NCBI GenBank assembly: GCA_965261735.1
Contig: OZ253470.1
Location: 2,080,001-2,144,000, forward strand
Direction: 5' to 3'
Source: Alphaproteobacteria bacterium
GTDB taxonomy: Bacteria > Pseudomonadota > Alphaproteobacteria > SHVV01
Length of the DNA: 64,000 nucleotides
Shown: positions 1-10,255 of the stretch, piece after piece
Layout of the letters: every line of letters begins with the position of its first letter
Position numbering within the stretch: position 1 is the first letter of the stretch
Translations under genes and position numbers: made by a program
Notes under the pieces: model-generated
Seen by the model: only the letters and a program-made list of their open reading frames with translations
The model's database searches: none
Told to the model about the DNA's origin: nothing

Positions 1-142
1 GCACGATTGTTCAAGCAATTCAACAGACTGCGATGGGGCCGGACCCTAGCCTATCGTCCGGTCCATTCCCAATAAAATTTTCGTGCGTTTCCGCCCGCGC
101 CGAGGGAACTTTTGTGCCCGCGTTGGCCCGCGGATCGTCGGC

Positions 143-1471
143 TCAGGTCGCGCTCCGGCGCTCCTCGGGACGCTCGAGCGCGGCCAGCATCTCGGCCACG
201 GTGACGAACTTGCAGCGCGGGGACTCTGGCGCCGCCGCCGCGATCTCCATCGCGTCGAGCCGATGCCATTCGTCGTAGGAGAGGGCGCGCGCGCCGCGCT
301 CGTCGAGGAGCGCCACCAAGGCGCTGCGGCCCGGCTTGGTACCGGCCTTGAAATCGGCGCCGATGTGGGCGGCGACGGTCACGCCGTCGGGCCGGTTGGT
401 CGAAATGACGCCGGTGGGGCCGCGCTTGACCCAGCCGACCGCATACAGACCGTCGGCGATGCGGCCGTCGGCGTTGCGCGCAATGCCCTCGCGCTCATCG
501 AACGGCATGCCCTCGAGGGGCTCCGCGCGGTAGCCGATGGCCGGAACGACAAGCCCGCAGGGAATTTCGAAGAACGCGCCGGTGCCGACGGCCCGCCCAC
601 CTTCGACGCGAGTGCGCTCGAGGCGCAGGCCCTCGACGCGTTCGCCGCCGAGGATCTCGACGGGCGCGGCGTAGAACGCGAAGTGCACCCGCTTGGGTGC
701 CTCGTCCGCCTTACGCGGCGCGAATTCCTTCAGCGTCGCGAGGTTCTTGTCCTTGAGGCGGCGGTCGCGCTCGGGCATGTCGCCCTCGACGCCGTCGGGA
801 AGCTGGGCCGGGTCGACCTGGGGTACGCAGTTCTCGAGCCGGCCCATCTCGCGCAGCTCGACGTTGGTGAATTTGGCGTCGTTGGGGCCGCGCCGCCCGA
901 ACATATAGACGTCGCTCAACGGTGAGTCGAAGATCGTCTTGGCGGCATAGTCCGGCAGGTCCGAGGCGGCCATCTCGGCCGGCGTCTTGACGAGCACGCG
1001 GGCGACGTCGATGGCCACGTTGCCGACCCCGATCACGGCCACCGCCGAGATATTCAGGTCGGGGTCGAGGTCGCGAAAATCGGGGTGGCCGTTGTACCAA
1101 CCGACGAACGCGGCGGCGCCGATGACGCCCTTCTTGTCCTCGCCGGGCAGCCCGGCTGGGCGGTCGAGCGGCGCGCCCACGGCCAGCACCACCGCGTCGT
1201 ACAGCGCGCGCAGCTCTTCGATGCTGACGTCGCGGCCGACCTCGACATTACCGTAGTAGGCGACCGGCTCCTTCAGCGCCGTCTTCTCGAAGGCGCGCCA
1301 CACGCCCTTGGTCGTCTGATGATCGGGCGCCACGCCGCCGCGGATGAGGCCAAAGGGCGTCGGCAGCCGCTCGATGATGTCGATCTCGCAAGCCAATCCG
1401 GACTTGATCAGCGCCTCGGCCGTGTAAAACCCGGCCGGCCCCGATCCGACGACCGCTACACTAACCGGCAT
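143..1471 (-). CDS. Ferredoxin/adrenodoxin-NADP+ reductase (FprA-like flavoprotein)
   Basis: FAD motif VVGSGPAGFY, PTPFGLIRGGVAPDH, NADP motif IGVGNVAIDVAR, C-terminal GWVKRGPTGVI. Confidence 0.9.
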   Translation of the reverse strand: MPVSVAVVGSGPAGFYTAEALIKSGLACEIDIIERLPTPFGLIRGGVAPDHQTTKGVWRAFEKTALKEPVAYYGNVEVGRDVSIEELRALYDAVVLAVGAPLDRPAGLPGEDKKGVIGAAAFVGWYNGHPDFRDLDPDLNISAVAVIGVGNVAIDVARVLVKTPAEMAASDLPDYAAKTIFDSPLSDVYMFGRRGPNDAKFTNVELREMGRLENCVPQVDPAQLPDGVEGDMPERDRRLKDKNLATLKEFAPRKADEAPKRVHFAFYAAPVEILGGERVEGLRLERTRVEGGRAVGTGAFFEIPCGLVVPAIGYRAEPLEGMPFDEREGIARNADGRIADGLYAVGWVKRGPTGVISTNRPDGVTVAAHIGADFKAGTKPGRSALVALLDERGARALSYDEWHRLDAMEIAAAAPESPRCKFVTVAEMLAALERPEERRSAT

Positions 1472-1655
1472 GCGCCTCCCTCTCGTGCTCCGCTGTTTCG
1501 GGCGGGGCGCATCTTTCCATTTGCCGCGGTCAGCGTCCAGAGGCGAGAGACGGCGTGGGCCGTACCGGTGGTTGGGCCGGCAAACCCATGCACGCTAAGA
1601 TGCGAGCCCGGGCGGACGCGGCCCGGCTCGATGCCAATCAACGTCCGAGGGAGCC

Positions 1656-1910
1656 ATGACCTATCCACAAGCCATCGTCGCCGCGGCCGCGCTCTTCGCC
1701 GTCGCCCTCATCGTCACCGATTCGCGACCGACCACCGCGCAGGCGCGGCGCGCCGGGTCGTATCAGATCGCGCCGCAGGCCGTCACCGGTAACGTGTGGA
1801 TCGTCAATACCGCGACCGGCGATCTACGCCTGTGCAAGCCGCCTCCCACCTTCGCCACGGTCGTCGTCGACTGCACGCAGCTACCGCCGCCGGCCAAGAA
1901 GAAGGAATGA
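1656..1910 (+). CDS. Small exported hypothetical protein (84 aa)
   Basis: RBS GAGGGAG; N-terminal hydrophobic segment; WIVNTATGDLRLC beta motif with two Cys. Confidence 0.65.
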   Translation: MTYPQAIVAAAALFAVALIVTDSRPTTAQARRAGSYQIAPQAVTGNVWIVNTATGDLRLCKPPPTFATVVVDCTQLPPPAKKKE

Positions 1911-2011
1911 TCCGAACGCGGCACCGCGGAAACGGTTGCGGCGCGTCGAGCCAGCCGCTAAGAAGCCGACGCTCCGGCCGACGGCGCGGGGCGTAGCGGA
2001 CAGGGGGACGC

Positions 2012-2437
2012 ATGGCGAAGTTCGAGAACATCGAGGTCTTCACGCCGCCCGGCCTGGGCCCCGTGCAGGGGCTCTATTCGCAGTGCACGCGGGTTAAGGC
2101 CGGGACCGACACCTTTCATATCGCCGGTCAGCTCGCGGTCGGCATGGATGGCAGCATCGTCGGCCGTCACGACTTCGCGGCCCAGTTTCACCAGGTGTTC
2201 GACAACATGGGCGCCGTATTGGCGGCGCTCGGCGAGAGCTTCGACAGCGTCATCGTCTTTCGCACCTACCTCACGCACTCGCAGGACATCGAGCTGTTCA
2301 TGGGGCTCAGGGCCGCGCTGTTTCCCAAGATCTTCTCGACGCCCGACTACCCGCCCAACACGCTCCTTGTCATCGATCGGCTGGTGAAGGAGGATTTTCT
2401 GATCGAGATCGAGGCCGTCGCCGCGGCCAACGGCTGA
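2012..2437 (+). CDS. RidA/YjgF/UK114 family protein
   Basis: GLYSQ, IAGQLA, C-terminal LIEIEAVA. Confidence 0.88.
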   Translation: MAKFENIEVFTPPGLGPVQGLYSQCTRVKAGTDTFHIAGQLAVGMDGSIVGRHDFAAQFHQVFDNMGAVLAALGESFDSVIVFRTYLTHSQDIELFMGLRAALFPKIFSTPDYPPNTLLVIDRLVKEDFLIEIEAVAAANG

Positions 2438-2475
2438 CGGGCCGTGGCGGCACGCAAGATCGGGAGGGCGGAGCC

Positions 2476-3105
2476 GTGAGCGAGAACCGAGACGTCACCG
2501 CGGGCACCATCGTCGAGGACACGGTGGTGCCCGCGCGCGAGCCGTGGAGCCGGGTGGTGCGCAAGGGGCAGATGATGCGTATCGTCGATCTCGAGGGCAA
2601 GCAGGCGGTCGATTTCCTGTGCTACAACGCCGACGACTCGGATGACCGCTACTGCGCCGCCGACACGATGAAGATCGGCGGCTCGCTGTTCCTGGCCAAG
2701 GGCACGGTGCTCTACACCGACCGCGACCACGCGCTCTTCACCATCACCGAAGATACTTGCGGCTTTCACGACACCATCGGCGGGTGCTGCTCGGACGAGA
2801 TCAACATCACGCGCTACGCGGCGCCGGGCCAGCGCAACTGCCGCGACAACTTCCTCACCGAACTCACCAAGCATGGCCTCGGCAAGAAGGACATTGTCGC
2901 CAACGTTAACTTCTTCATGTACGTGCCCGTGGCCGAGGGGGGCGCGATGGATATCGGGCCGAGCCTGTCGAAACCAGGCGACTACGTCGATCTGCGCGCC
3001 GAGAGGGACGTGCTCGCGGTCATCTCGAACTGCCCGCAGATCAACAATCCGGCCAACGACTACAACCCGACACCGATCCGCGTCATCGTCTGGGAGCCGG
3101 AGTGA
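2476..3105 (+). CDS. DUF1989 / urea carboxylase-associated family protein
   Basis: GTG start; RIVDLEGKQAVD, HDTIGGCC, NCRDN, VISNCPQINNPAN. Confidence 0.85.
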   Translation: MSENRDVTAGTIVEDTVVPAREPWSRVVRKGQMMRIVDLEGKQAVDFLCYNADDSDDRYCAADTMKIGGSLFLAKGTVLYTDRDHALFTITEDTCGFHDTIGGCCSDEINITRYAAPGQRNCRDNFLTELTKHGLGKKDIVANVNFFMYVPVAEGGAMDIGPSLSKPGDYVDLRAERDVLAVISNCPQINNPANDYNPTPIRVIVWEPE

Positions 3106-3157
3106 CCGGGCGCACCGGGCGCTAAGGGCCCGACCGCCCGCACCCGAAAGGGCCGTG

Positions 3158-4309
3158 ATGGATTCGGACACGGTGAACGAGCTACGCGATACGGTGCGCC
3201 GTTACGTGCGCGAGCGCCTGGTGCCGCTCGAGCGCGAGGTCGAGGAGGCCGACCGTGTGCCCGATGCGGTGCGCCGCGAGATGGCGGCGATGGGGCTCTA
3301 CGGCCTTTCGATCCCGACCGCCCATGGCGGGCTCGGCCTCGACCTCGCCGCCGAGGCCGAGCTCGCGATCGAGCTCGGCTGGACCTCGCCCGCCTTTCGC
3401 TCGGTGATCGGCACCAACGTCGGCATCGGCTCGCAGGGCATCGTCATCGACGGCACCGAGGAGCAGAAGAGCCGCTTCCTGCCGGGGCTCGCCTCGGGTG
3501 AGCTCGTCGGCTCGTTCGCGCTCACCGAGCCCGACTCGGGCTCGGACGCCGCCAGCCTCAAGACGCGCGCGGCGCGCGACGGTGAGCGCTACCTCCTCAA
3601 CGGCACCAAGCGCTACATCACCAACGCGCCGTTCGCCTCACTGTTCACGGTCATGGCCCGTACCGACCCCGAGACGCCGGGCGCGGCCGGCATTTCCGCC
3701 TTCATCGTCGCCGCCGACACGCCGGGCCTCAGCCTCGGTGCGCCCGACCGCAAGATGGGCCAGCGCGGCACGGTGACGTCCGACCTCGTGTTCGAGGATG
3801 CCGCCGTGCCGGCGGCGAACCTCATCGGCGGGATCGAGGGCCGGGGCTTCAAGACCGCGATGAAGGTGCTCGACCGGGGTCGGATTCACCTCGCCGCAGT
3901 GTGCGTCGGCGCGGCCGAGCGCCTGATCCACGAAGCGCTGAGCTACGCCGGCGAGCGTCGGCAATTCGGCAAACCGATCGCCGAGTTTCAGCTCGTTCAG
4001 GCGATGCTCGCCGACAGCCGCGCCGAGTCCTACGCCGCGCGGACCATGTTGAGCGATGCGGCCGCGCGTTACGACCGCGGCGAGAACGTCGCGCTCGAGG
4101 CGGCGTGCTGCAAGTACTTCGCCTCCGAGATGGTCGGCCGGGTCGCCGACCGCGCGGTCCAGATCCACGGCGGCGCCGGCTACATGGCGGAGTACCCGGT
4201 CGAGCGCTTCTACCGCGACGTGCGCCTGTTCCGCATCTACGAGGGCACGAGCCAGATCCAACAGCTCGTCATCGCCCGCGAGATGAAACGCCGCGCCGAG
4301 GGCGGCTGA
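3158..4309 (+). CDS. Acyl-CoA dehydrogenase
   Basis: FALTEPDSGSDA, RRQFGKPI, QIHGGAGYM, RIYEGTSQIQ; ATG at 3158 preferred over the longer ORF start. Confidence 0.93.
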   Translation: MDSDTVNELRDTVRRYVRERLVPLEREVEEADRVPDAVRREMAAMGLYGLSIPTAHGGLGLDLAAEAELAIELGWTSPAFRSVIGTNVGIGSQGIVIDGTEEQKSRFLPGLASGELVGSFALTEPDSGSDAASLKTRAARDGERYLLNGTKRYITNAPFASLFTVMARTDPETPGAAGISAFIVAADTPGLSLGAPDRKMGQRGTVTSDLVFEDAAVPAANLIGGIEGRGFKTAMKVLDRGRIHLAAVCVGAAERLIHEALSYAGERRQFGKPIAEFQLVQAMLADSRAESYAARTMLSDAAARYDRGENVALEAACCKYFASEMVGRVADRAVQIHGGAGYMAEYPVERFYRDVRLFRIYEGTSQIQQLVIAREMKRRAEGG

Positions 4310-4391
4310 AACCGGCGGCGATTGCGCGGCTTTCGTGCGGGCGCTACCATCGCGGGGCGCGCAACGGTGCGCGACAGGCGGGGTTAGATAC

Positions 4392-5213
4392 ATGCCCTTG
4401 GTCGAGCTTGAAACGCTGGTCAAGCGTATTCCAGACGGCGCCCTGTTGGCGGTGCCGCCCGATTACAGCGGTGTCGCCATGGCATCGACGCGGGCCTTGA
4501 TCCGGCGCGGGGTGCGCGATCTGCACCTGCTCGCGGTGCCGACGAGCGGCTTGCAGGCCGACCTCCTGATCGGCGCCGGCGCGGTGGCGACGCTCGAGGC
4601 CGCGGCCGTCAGCCTCGGCGAATGGGGTCCGGCACCGCGCTTCGTGGCGGCGGTCAAGGCCGGCGCGCTCGCGATCAAGGACTCGACCTGCCCCGCCATC
4701 CATGCCGGGCTCCAGGCGGCGGAAAAGGGCATCCCGTTCATGCCGCTGCGCGGCCTACTCGGTTCCGATCTCATGCGCCATCGCGACGACTGGCGCGTGA
4801 TCGACAATCCGCTTGCGGCCGGCGGCGAGCCCGACCCCATCGTCGTTCTGCCGGCGATCACCCCCGACGTCGCCCTGTTTCATGCGCCGCTCGGCGACCG
4901 CTCGGGCAACGTCTGGGTCGGCCGCCGGCGCGAGCTCGCGACGCTTGCCCATGCCGCGCGCGAGACGCTGGTCACCGTCGAGGCAGTCTCCGAGGTCGAT
5001 CTGCTGGCCGACGAGCGCCTGGCGGCGGGCGTCGTGCCCGCGCTCTACATCGGCGCCTGCGCCGAGGCGCCGCGCGGGGCCTGGCCGCTCGGGCTCACCG
5101 AGCACTATGGCGTGGATGGGCCGCACCTCGATTCCTACGCCGATCTCGCGGCGAGCGCGGTGGGATTCCGCCGCTATCTCGACGAGCGGGTGTATGCCCG
5201 GCCGGCGGCCTGA
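4392..5213 (+). CDS. CoA-transferase subunit A (glutaconate/3-oxoadipate type)
   Basis: QAAEKGIPFMPLRGLLGSDL, PDVALFHA; paired with the downstream B subunit. Confidence 0.8.
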   Translation: MPLVELETLVKRIPDGALLAVPPDYSGVAMASTRALIRRGVRDLHLLAVPTSGLQADLLIGAGAVATLEAAAVSLGEWGPAPRFVAAVKAGALAIKDSTCPAIHAGLQAAEKGIPFMPLRGLLGSDLMRHRDDWRVIDNPLAAGGEPDPIVVLPAITPDVALFHAPLGDRSGNVWVGRRRELATLAHAARETLVTVEAVSEVDLLADERLAAGVVPALYIGACAEAPRGAWPLGLTEHYGVDGPHLDSYADLAASAVGFRRYLDERVYARPAA

Positions 5214-5216
5214 GAG

Positions 5217-5975
5217 ATGGCTGACCCCTTCACCGCGCGCGAGCTACTGATCGCGACCATCGCGCGGCGCCTACGCGGTGCGCGCCACATCGCCGTCGGC
5301 GCGGCGTCACCCATCCCCGCGGCAGCGGCGCTGCTCGCCCAGGCGCTGTCCGAGGGAGGCACCCGGGTGAGCCTGCTCGGCAGCCGCGAGCACAACTTCT
5401 TCACCGACGGCGGGCGCGAGCTTTTCGACTGCGCGGCCCAGGGGCGCATCGACGCCTTCTTCCTCGGCGGCGGTGAGATCGACGGCGAGGCCAACGTCAA
5501 CCTCGTGGGCGTCGGCGGCTACCCGGCATCAAGGGTGCGCTTCGCCGGCTCCTACGGCTCGGCCTACCTCTACTTTCTGGTGCCCAACGTGATCCTCTTT
5601 CGCGAGGAGCACAGCCCGCGCACGCTGGTCGAGCGCGTCGCCTTCATCAGCGCGCCCGGCACCAGCCCCGAGGGCGTCTACCGTCCGGGCGGCCCACGAG
5701 CGCTGATCACCGGGCGCGCCGCCTTCTCCTTCGACCGCGGCGAGCGCCGCTTCCGGCTCGACAGCGTCCATCCCGGCCACAGCGCGGCGGAGATCGCCGC
5801 ACAAACAGGCTTCGCGTTCGATCGGCCCGAGCGCGTTCCCCAGACGCCCGCGCCGCCGACCTCGTGGCTCGCTCTCATGCGCGGGCACATCAGCGAGCAG
5901 GTCGCCGAGGCCTACCCCCGGTTCGCCGCCGCAGCGCCGGCACAAGGGGCAGGCGCGGTCGAGGCGAGCCTTTGA
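5217..5975 (+). CDS. CoA-transferase subunit B
   Basis: FFLGGGEIDGEANVNL, FAGSYGS, SVHPGHS; starts 3 bp after subunit A. Confidence 0.8.
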   Translation: MADPFTARELLIATIARRLRGARHIAVGAASPIPAAAALLAQALSEGGTRVSLLGSREHNFFTDGGRELFDCAAQGRIDAFFLGGGEIDGEANVNLVGVGGYPASRVRFAGSYGSAYLYFLVPNVILFREEHSPRTLVERVAFISAPGTSPEGVYRPGGPRALITGRAAFSFDRGERRFRLDSVHPGHSAAEIAAQTGFAFDRPERVPQTPAPPTSWLALMRGHISEQVAEAYPRFAAAAPAQGAGAVEASL

Positions 5976-7186
5976 ACACGGCGCAGACCGGCACGGGCGC
6001 GCTCGCCGGCTGGCGCGTCGTCGACCTGTCGCGCATCCTCGGTGGGCCGTTGTGCGGGCAGATACTCGGCGATCACGGCGCCGAGGTCATCAAAGTCGAG
6101 CCGCCCCATGGCGACGACACGCGCGGCTGGGGGCCGCCCTTCCAGGATGGCGAGAGTGCCTACTACACCGGCCTCAACCGTAACAAGCGGAGCATCTCGC
6201 TCGATCTGTCGCGGGCCCAGGGCCGCGAGGTCCTGCTGCGCCTGCTCGAGGGCGCCGACGTCCTCCTCGAGAACTTCAAGATCGGCACCATGGAGGGCTG
6301 GGGGCTCGGCTACGAGGAGGTCCTCAAGGAGCGCTTCCCGCGCCTCATCTATTGCCGCATCTCCGGCTTCGGCGCCGACGGGCCCTATGGCGGGCTGCCC
6401 GGATACGACGGCGTGGCGCAGGCGCTGAGTGGGCTGATGAGCGTCAACGGCACGCCACAGTCGGGGCCGACGCGGATCGGCGTCGCGCTCGTCGACCAGG
6501 GCACCGGCATGATGGCGGCGATCGCGGTGCTGGCGGCGGCGCAGGAGCGCACGCGCTCGGGCCTCGGCCAGTTCATCGAGGCGACCCTATTCGACACCGG
6601 GGTGAGCCTGCTCCACCCCTATGCCTATAATTGGTTCATGTCGAACAAGCCGCCCGTGCTCACCGGCAACGAGCACGCCAACGTCGTGCCCTACAACAAA
6701 TTCGAGACGGCCACCGGGCCGATCTTCCTCACCGCCGCCAACGACCGCCAGTTCCGCCGCCTGTGTCATGAGATCGGCGAGCCGGACCTGGCCGAGGACG
6801 CCCGCTTTCTCAGCAACGCCGACCGCGTCGCCAACCGCGCGGCGCTCGCCGAGGCCCTGGCGGGGGCGCTCGAGGACAGGAACGGAGAGGCTGTGTGCAA
6901 GGCCCTCCTGGCGGCCGGGATCGCCGCCGGGCCGGTGCTCGATACACCTGCGGTCCTCAACCATCCGCACACGCGCCACCGCGACATGGTGGTCGAGATC
7001 GACGGCTATCGCGGCACCGGGATCCCCGTGAAGCTGAGCCGCACGCCAGGCTCGGTGCGCCGCGCGCCGCCGCGGTTCGGCGATTCGGGCCGCGCCGTGC
7101 TCGCCGAGGCCGGCTACGGCGCGGCCGAGATCGAGGCGCTGGTCGAGGCCGGCGTGCTGGTCGAAACCCGGCGTACGCTGACGTGA
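5972..7186 (+). CDS. CaiB/BaiF family (class III) CoA transferase
   Basis: TTG start overlaps the upstream TGA (TTGA); VVDLSRILGGP, GAEVIKVEPPHGDDTR, NRNKRSISLDL, PGYD. Confidence 0.92.
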   Translation: MNTAQTGTGALAGWRVVDLSRILGGPLCGQILGDHGAEVIKVEPPHGDDTRGWGPPFQDGESAYYTGLNRNKRSISLDLSRAQGREVLLRLLEGADVLLENFKIGTMEGWGLGYEEVLKERFPRLIYCRISGFGADGPYGGLPGYDGVAQALSGLMSVNGTPQSGPTRIGVALVDQGTGMMAAIAVLAAAQERTRSGLGQFIEATLFDTGVSLLHPYAYNWFMSNKPPVLTGNEHANVVPYNKFETATGPIFLTAANDRQFRRLCHEIGEPDLAEDARFLSNADRVANRAALAEALAGALEDRNGEAVCKALLAAGIAAGPVLDTPAVLNHPHTRHRDMVVEIDGYRGTGIPVKLSRTPGSVRRAPPRFGDSGRAVLAEAGYGAAEIEALVEAGVLVETRRTLT

Positions 7187-7191
7187 CCGCC

Positions 7192-7620
7192 ATGAGGGGG
7201 CTGCTCCGCGCGCTGCCGACAATGCTCTTCCTGGCCACGGCCGTGCTCGGGGGGTCGCTCGAGGTCGATGCGGCCGGCGGCGGCGGTGGTGGCGAGAGCA
7301 GCCAGCCCGAGGGCACCGTGGTCTTCATCAAGCTCGACCCTTTCCAGGTGCCCGTGGTGCAGGACGGCAAGCTCAAGGGGCGTATCGTCGTCGTCCTCAA
7401 CCTCGAGACCAAGGTGGGCCCCGAGCGGAACAGGGCCGAGCACTATCTGCCAAGGATGAGGGCCGAGTTCCTCACCTTCCTGCGGCGCTACGGCAGCCTC
7501 GACCGCGGCGCCCGGATCAACATCAATCTGATCAAGGCGCGCCTGCAGCGAATCGCAGACGACGTCGTCGGCCCCGACACCGTGGTCGTGCTGATCCGCG
7601 AGGCGACGCGCGTCAGGTAG
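7192..7620 (+). CDS. FliL-like flagellar basal body-associated protein
   Basis: Signal/TM segment, Gly-rich linker, FIKLDPFQVPV...PRMRAEF pattern; no other flagellar genes nearby. Confidence 0.55.
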   Translation: MRGLLRALPTMLFLATAVLGGSLEVDAAGGGGGGESSQPEGTVVFIKLDPFQVPVVQDGKLKGRIVVVLNLETKVGPERNRAEHYLPRMRAEFLTFLRRYGSLDRGARININLIKARLQRIADDVVGPDTVVVLIREATRVR

Positions 7621-7635
7621 CGCCGCCCGCCGCCG

Positions 7636-8325
7636 TCAGTGATCGAGCCAGATCGCGAGGAAGCGGTTGAGCCAGCCGGGAATCGCGCGCTCGTGGCGGC
7701 GGCGGTGGCGGAATTGCTCGTCGCGCGATTGCGCCCCGGGCAGCGTCAGGCGATGCGCGGCCGCCGTGGTCCATCGCTTCATGATCGCCCCCGTTACCTC
7801 GGGGTGAAACTGGATGCCGTAGGCGTTCTTCCAGCGGAAGGCCTGGTTGGTGAAGGTCTCGCCCTCGGCGAGCAGGGTCGCGCCCGGCGGAAGGTCGAAG
7901 CCCTCGCGGTGCCATTGGTAGAAATGGGTCTCCTCATTCAACACATGCCGGCCAGCCGACGTCGGCCGCACGGGGAAGTAGCCGATCTCGCACCTGCCCT
8001 CGGGGTGCTCCTCGACCCGGGCCCCGAGGGCGCGCGCGAGCAGTTGGCCGCCGAGGCAGATGCCGAGAAACGGCTTGCCCGAATCGAGCGCCGTCGGAAT
8101 CCACGCGAGCTCGGTGCGCAGGAAGTCGTGATCGTCGTTGGCGCTCATCGGTCCGCCGAACACGATGGCGGCCGCGTGATCATCGAGCGTTTCGGGGAGC
8201 GCATCGCCGCCACTCGGCCGGCGGACGTCGAGCCGGTAGCCCATGCGTGCGAGCGATCGACCGACCCGCCCCGTGTTGGAGCCCGCGCTATGGACGACGA
8301 GAAGGACCTTGCCCCGCATGGCCAC
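7636..8325 (-). CDS. Class I glutamine amidotransferase (GMP-synthase-like)
   Basis: GGPMSAND, LGICLGGQLL, QFHPE catalytic triad motifs. Confidence 0.9.
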   Translation of the reverse strand: MAMRGKVLLVVHSAGSNTGRVGRSLARMGYRLDVRRPSGGDALPETLDDHAAAIVFGGPMSANDDHDFLRTELAWIPTALDSGKPFLGICLGGQLLARALGARVEEHPEGRCEIGYFPVRPTSAGRHVLNEETHFYQWHREGFDLPPGATLLAEGETFTNQAFRWKNAYGIQFHPEVTGAIMKRWTTAAAHRLTLPGAQSRDEQFRHRRRHERAIPGWLNRFLAIWLDH

Positions 8326-8423
8326 ACCTAGATAAGGGTTGCGGCGGTGCGGGGCAAGCCGCAGGCGCGGCGCGCCAAGCGCCGTAGAGTATGCGACCTC
8401 AAATATCCCAAGCGGGGAACACG

Positions 8424-9665
8424 ATGAGATACCGTCTTGCCCAACTGCTCGCGGTCATCGTACCGGCCCTCGTCCTTGCACCAGCGGTACAGGCGCAGGG
8501 CGTTAGCGATCAGACCGTCGGCCAGCGTATTCATATCCGCGCCGCCGACCTGCCGGCGCCCTACGCCACGCCGAGCACCGGCAACCCCGCGCGACGCATC
8601 GCCCGCCCCGCGGCGCCGAGGTGGAACCTGCCGCCGGGCTTCCGCGCCAACCTCTTCGCCGACGGCCTCGATCACGCGCGCTGGATGGCGGTGGCGGCGA
8701 ACGGTGATGTCTTCCTCGCCGAGCCCCGGGCCGGGCGCATTACGGTCCTGCGCGACGGCGACGGCGACGGAGCTGCGGAAACGGTGGCGCCGTTCGCGCG
8801 CGGGCTCGGGCGCGTGCATGGCCTCGCCTTCCACGGCGGCTACCTGTATTTCGCGGACACCGGTCAGGTATGGCGCTTCGCCTATCGACCCGGCGACCTG
8901 CGCGCCGCGGCGCCGCCCGAGCCCGTAACCTCGGCGGCCGCGCTCGGGGCGGGCGGGGGCCACTGGACGCGCAACATCGCCTTCGGCCCCGACGGCCGCC
9001 ACTTCTACGTCTCCGTCGGTAGCCGCGGCAATATCGGGATGGAGGCGCCGCCGCGCGCCACCGTGCAGCGCTTCGATACGGACGGCGGTGGCCAGATCAC
9101 GTTCGCGCACGGCCTACGCAATCCCGTCGGCATCGCCATCCATCCCGGCTCCGGCGACCTCTACGTCGTCGTCAACGAGCGCGACGGGCTCGGCGACGGG
9201 CTGGTGCCGGACTACCTCGCCCGCATCGTCGAGGACGCCTTCTACGGTTGGCCCTACGCCTATGTCGGGCCCAACCCCGACCCCACCTTCGGCGCCCGCC
9301 AGCCGGCGCTGGTTGCCAGGACGCGCGTGCCCGAGGTGCTGTTCCGCTCCCATTCGGCGCCGCTCGGCCTCGTCTTCTACGATGCCGGCCAGTTTCCCGG
9401 CGACTACCGCGGCGACGCCTTCGTCGCCCTGCACGGCTCGTGGAACGCCTCGCGCCCGACCGGCTACAGCATCGTCCGCGTGCCCTTCGCCGAGGGCCGG
9501 CCGCAGGGGCATTACGAGATCTTCGCCAGCGGCTTCTGGGCCTCCGGCGAGCGCACCGCTCAGGTCTGGGGCCGCCCCGCCGGCCTCGCCGTGGCCCGCG
9601 ACGGCAGCCTGCTCGTCGCGGACGACGTCGGCCAGGTGGTCTGGCGCCTCAGCTACGGCGAGTGA
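8424..9665 (+). CDS. PQQ-dependent sugar / sorbosone dehydrogenase family protein
   Basis: Signal peptide; HWTRNI, GLRNPVG, VNERDGLGD, HGSWN, GRPAGL. Confidence 0.88.
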   Translation: MRYRLAQLLAVIVPALVLAPAVQAQGVSDQTVGQRIHIRAADLPAPYATPSTGNPARRIARPAAPRWNLPPGFRANLFADGLDHARWMAVAANGDVFLAEPRAGRITVLRDGDGDGAAETVAPFARGLGRVHGLAFHGGYLYFADTGQVWRFAYRPGDLRAAAPPEPVTSAAALGAGGGHWTRNIAFGPDGRHFYVSVGSRGNIGMEAPPRATVQRFDTDGGGQITFAHGLRNPVGIAIHPGSGDLYVVVNERDGLGDGLVPDYLARIVEDAFYGWPYAYVGPNPDPTFGARQPALVARTRVPEVLFRSHSAPLGLVFYDAGQFPGDYRGDAFVALHGSWNASRPTGYSIVRVPFAEGRPQGHYEIFASGFWASGERTAQVWGRPAGLAVARDGSLLVADDVGQVVWRLSYGE

Positions 9666-9849
9666 GGGGGCACTTTGCGCTATCAACTAGGCGCTTTGTC
9701 GCGCTGCCTGTCGGTGGTTTCGTCTTGCACGATCTTGTCTCGCCGAAAGGTGTGAGCTCGATGCTCCGCTGGTCCTCGCGCTGACGGATCGATAGCTGAC
9801 TGGGGGTCAACTATTGATCTACAGCATTGACAGGTTGCGCGCTTTGGAG

Positions 9850-10208
9850 GCGATTGGCTACAAGGCGGAACTACTCCCGCAGGTCTGCGAAGTCTATCTT
9901 GACGCACGCGATGCAGGTGTCCTGCTGCCCTCGCAAGAGCGAACAGGTGCTGTCTGTGAACTACTCATGCGTGGGCTGGCCCACGTAGGGATCATCGCGT
10001 TAGTAGATGAGGCGACCAGCTACCAGGAGATACGCGATAGGAAATCCCTTAATCGGCTTCTCGACAAATACCTCTTGGCGCAACAGGCCAAGTGGTCGAA
10101 GCGTTTCCCGGACGAGTTCTACAAGGAAATTTTCCGCCTGCGTGGATGGGAGTGGCAGGGCATGAGGGTAAACCGACCCCAAGTCGTCGGACACTATACA
10201 AATGACAT
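9850..10208 (+). pseudogene. Internal fragment of a P63C-domain (phage/island) protein
   Basis: GYKAELLPQVCEVYL, LAHVGIIALVDEAT, WSKRFPDEFYKEIFRL, VVGHYTNDI; cut at the IS terminal repeat (10209); N-terminus absent. Confidence 0.75.
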
Positions 10209-10255
10209 CGCGATTATCAACTTGACACGTCACGGCGGGCGAGTACGCTTCGGGC

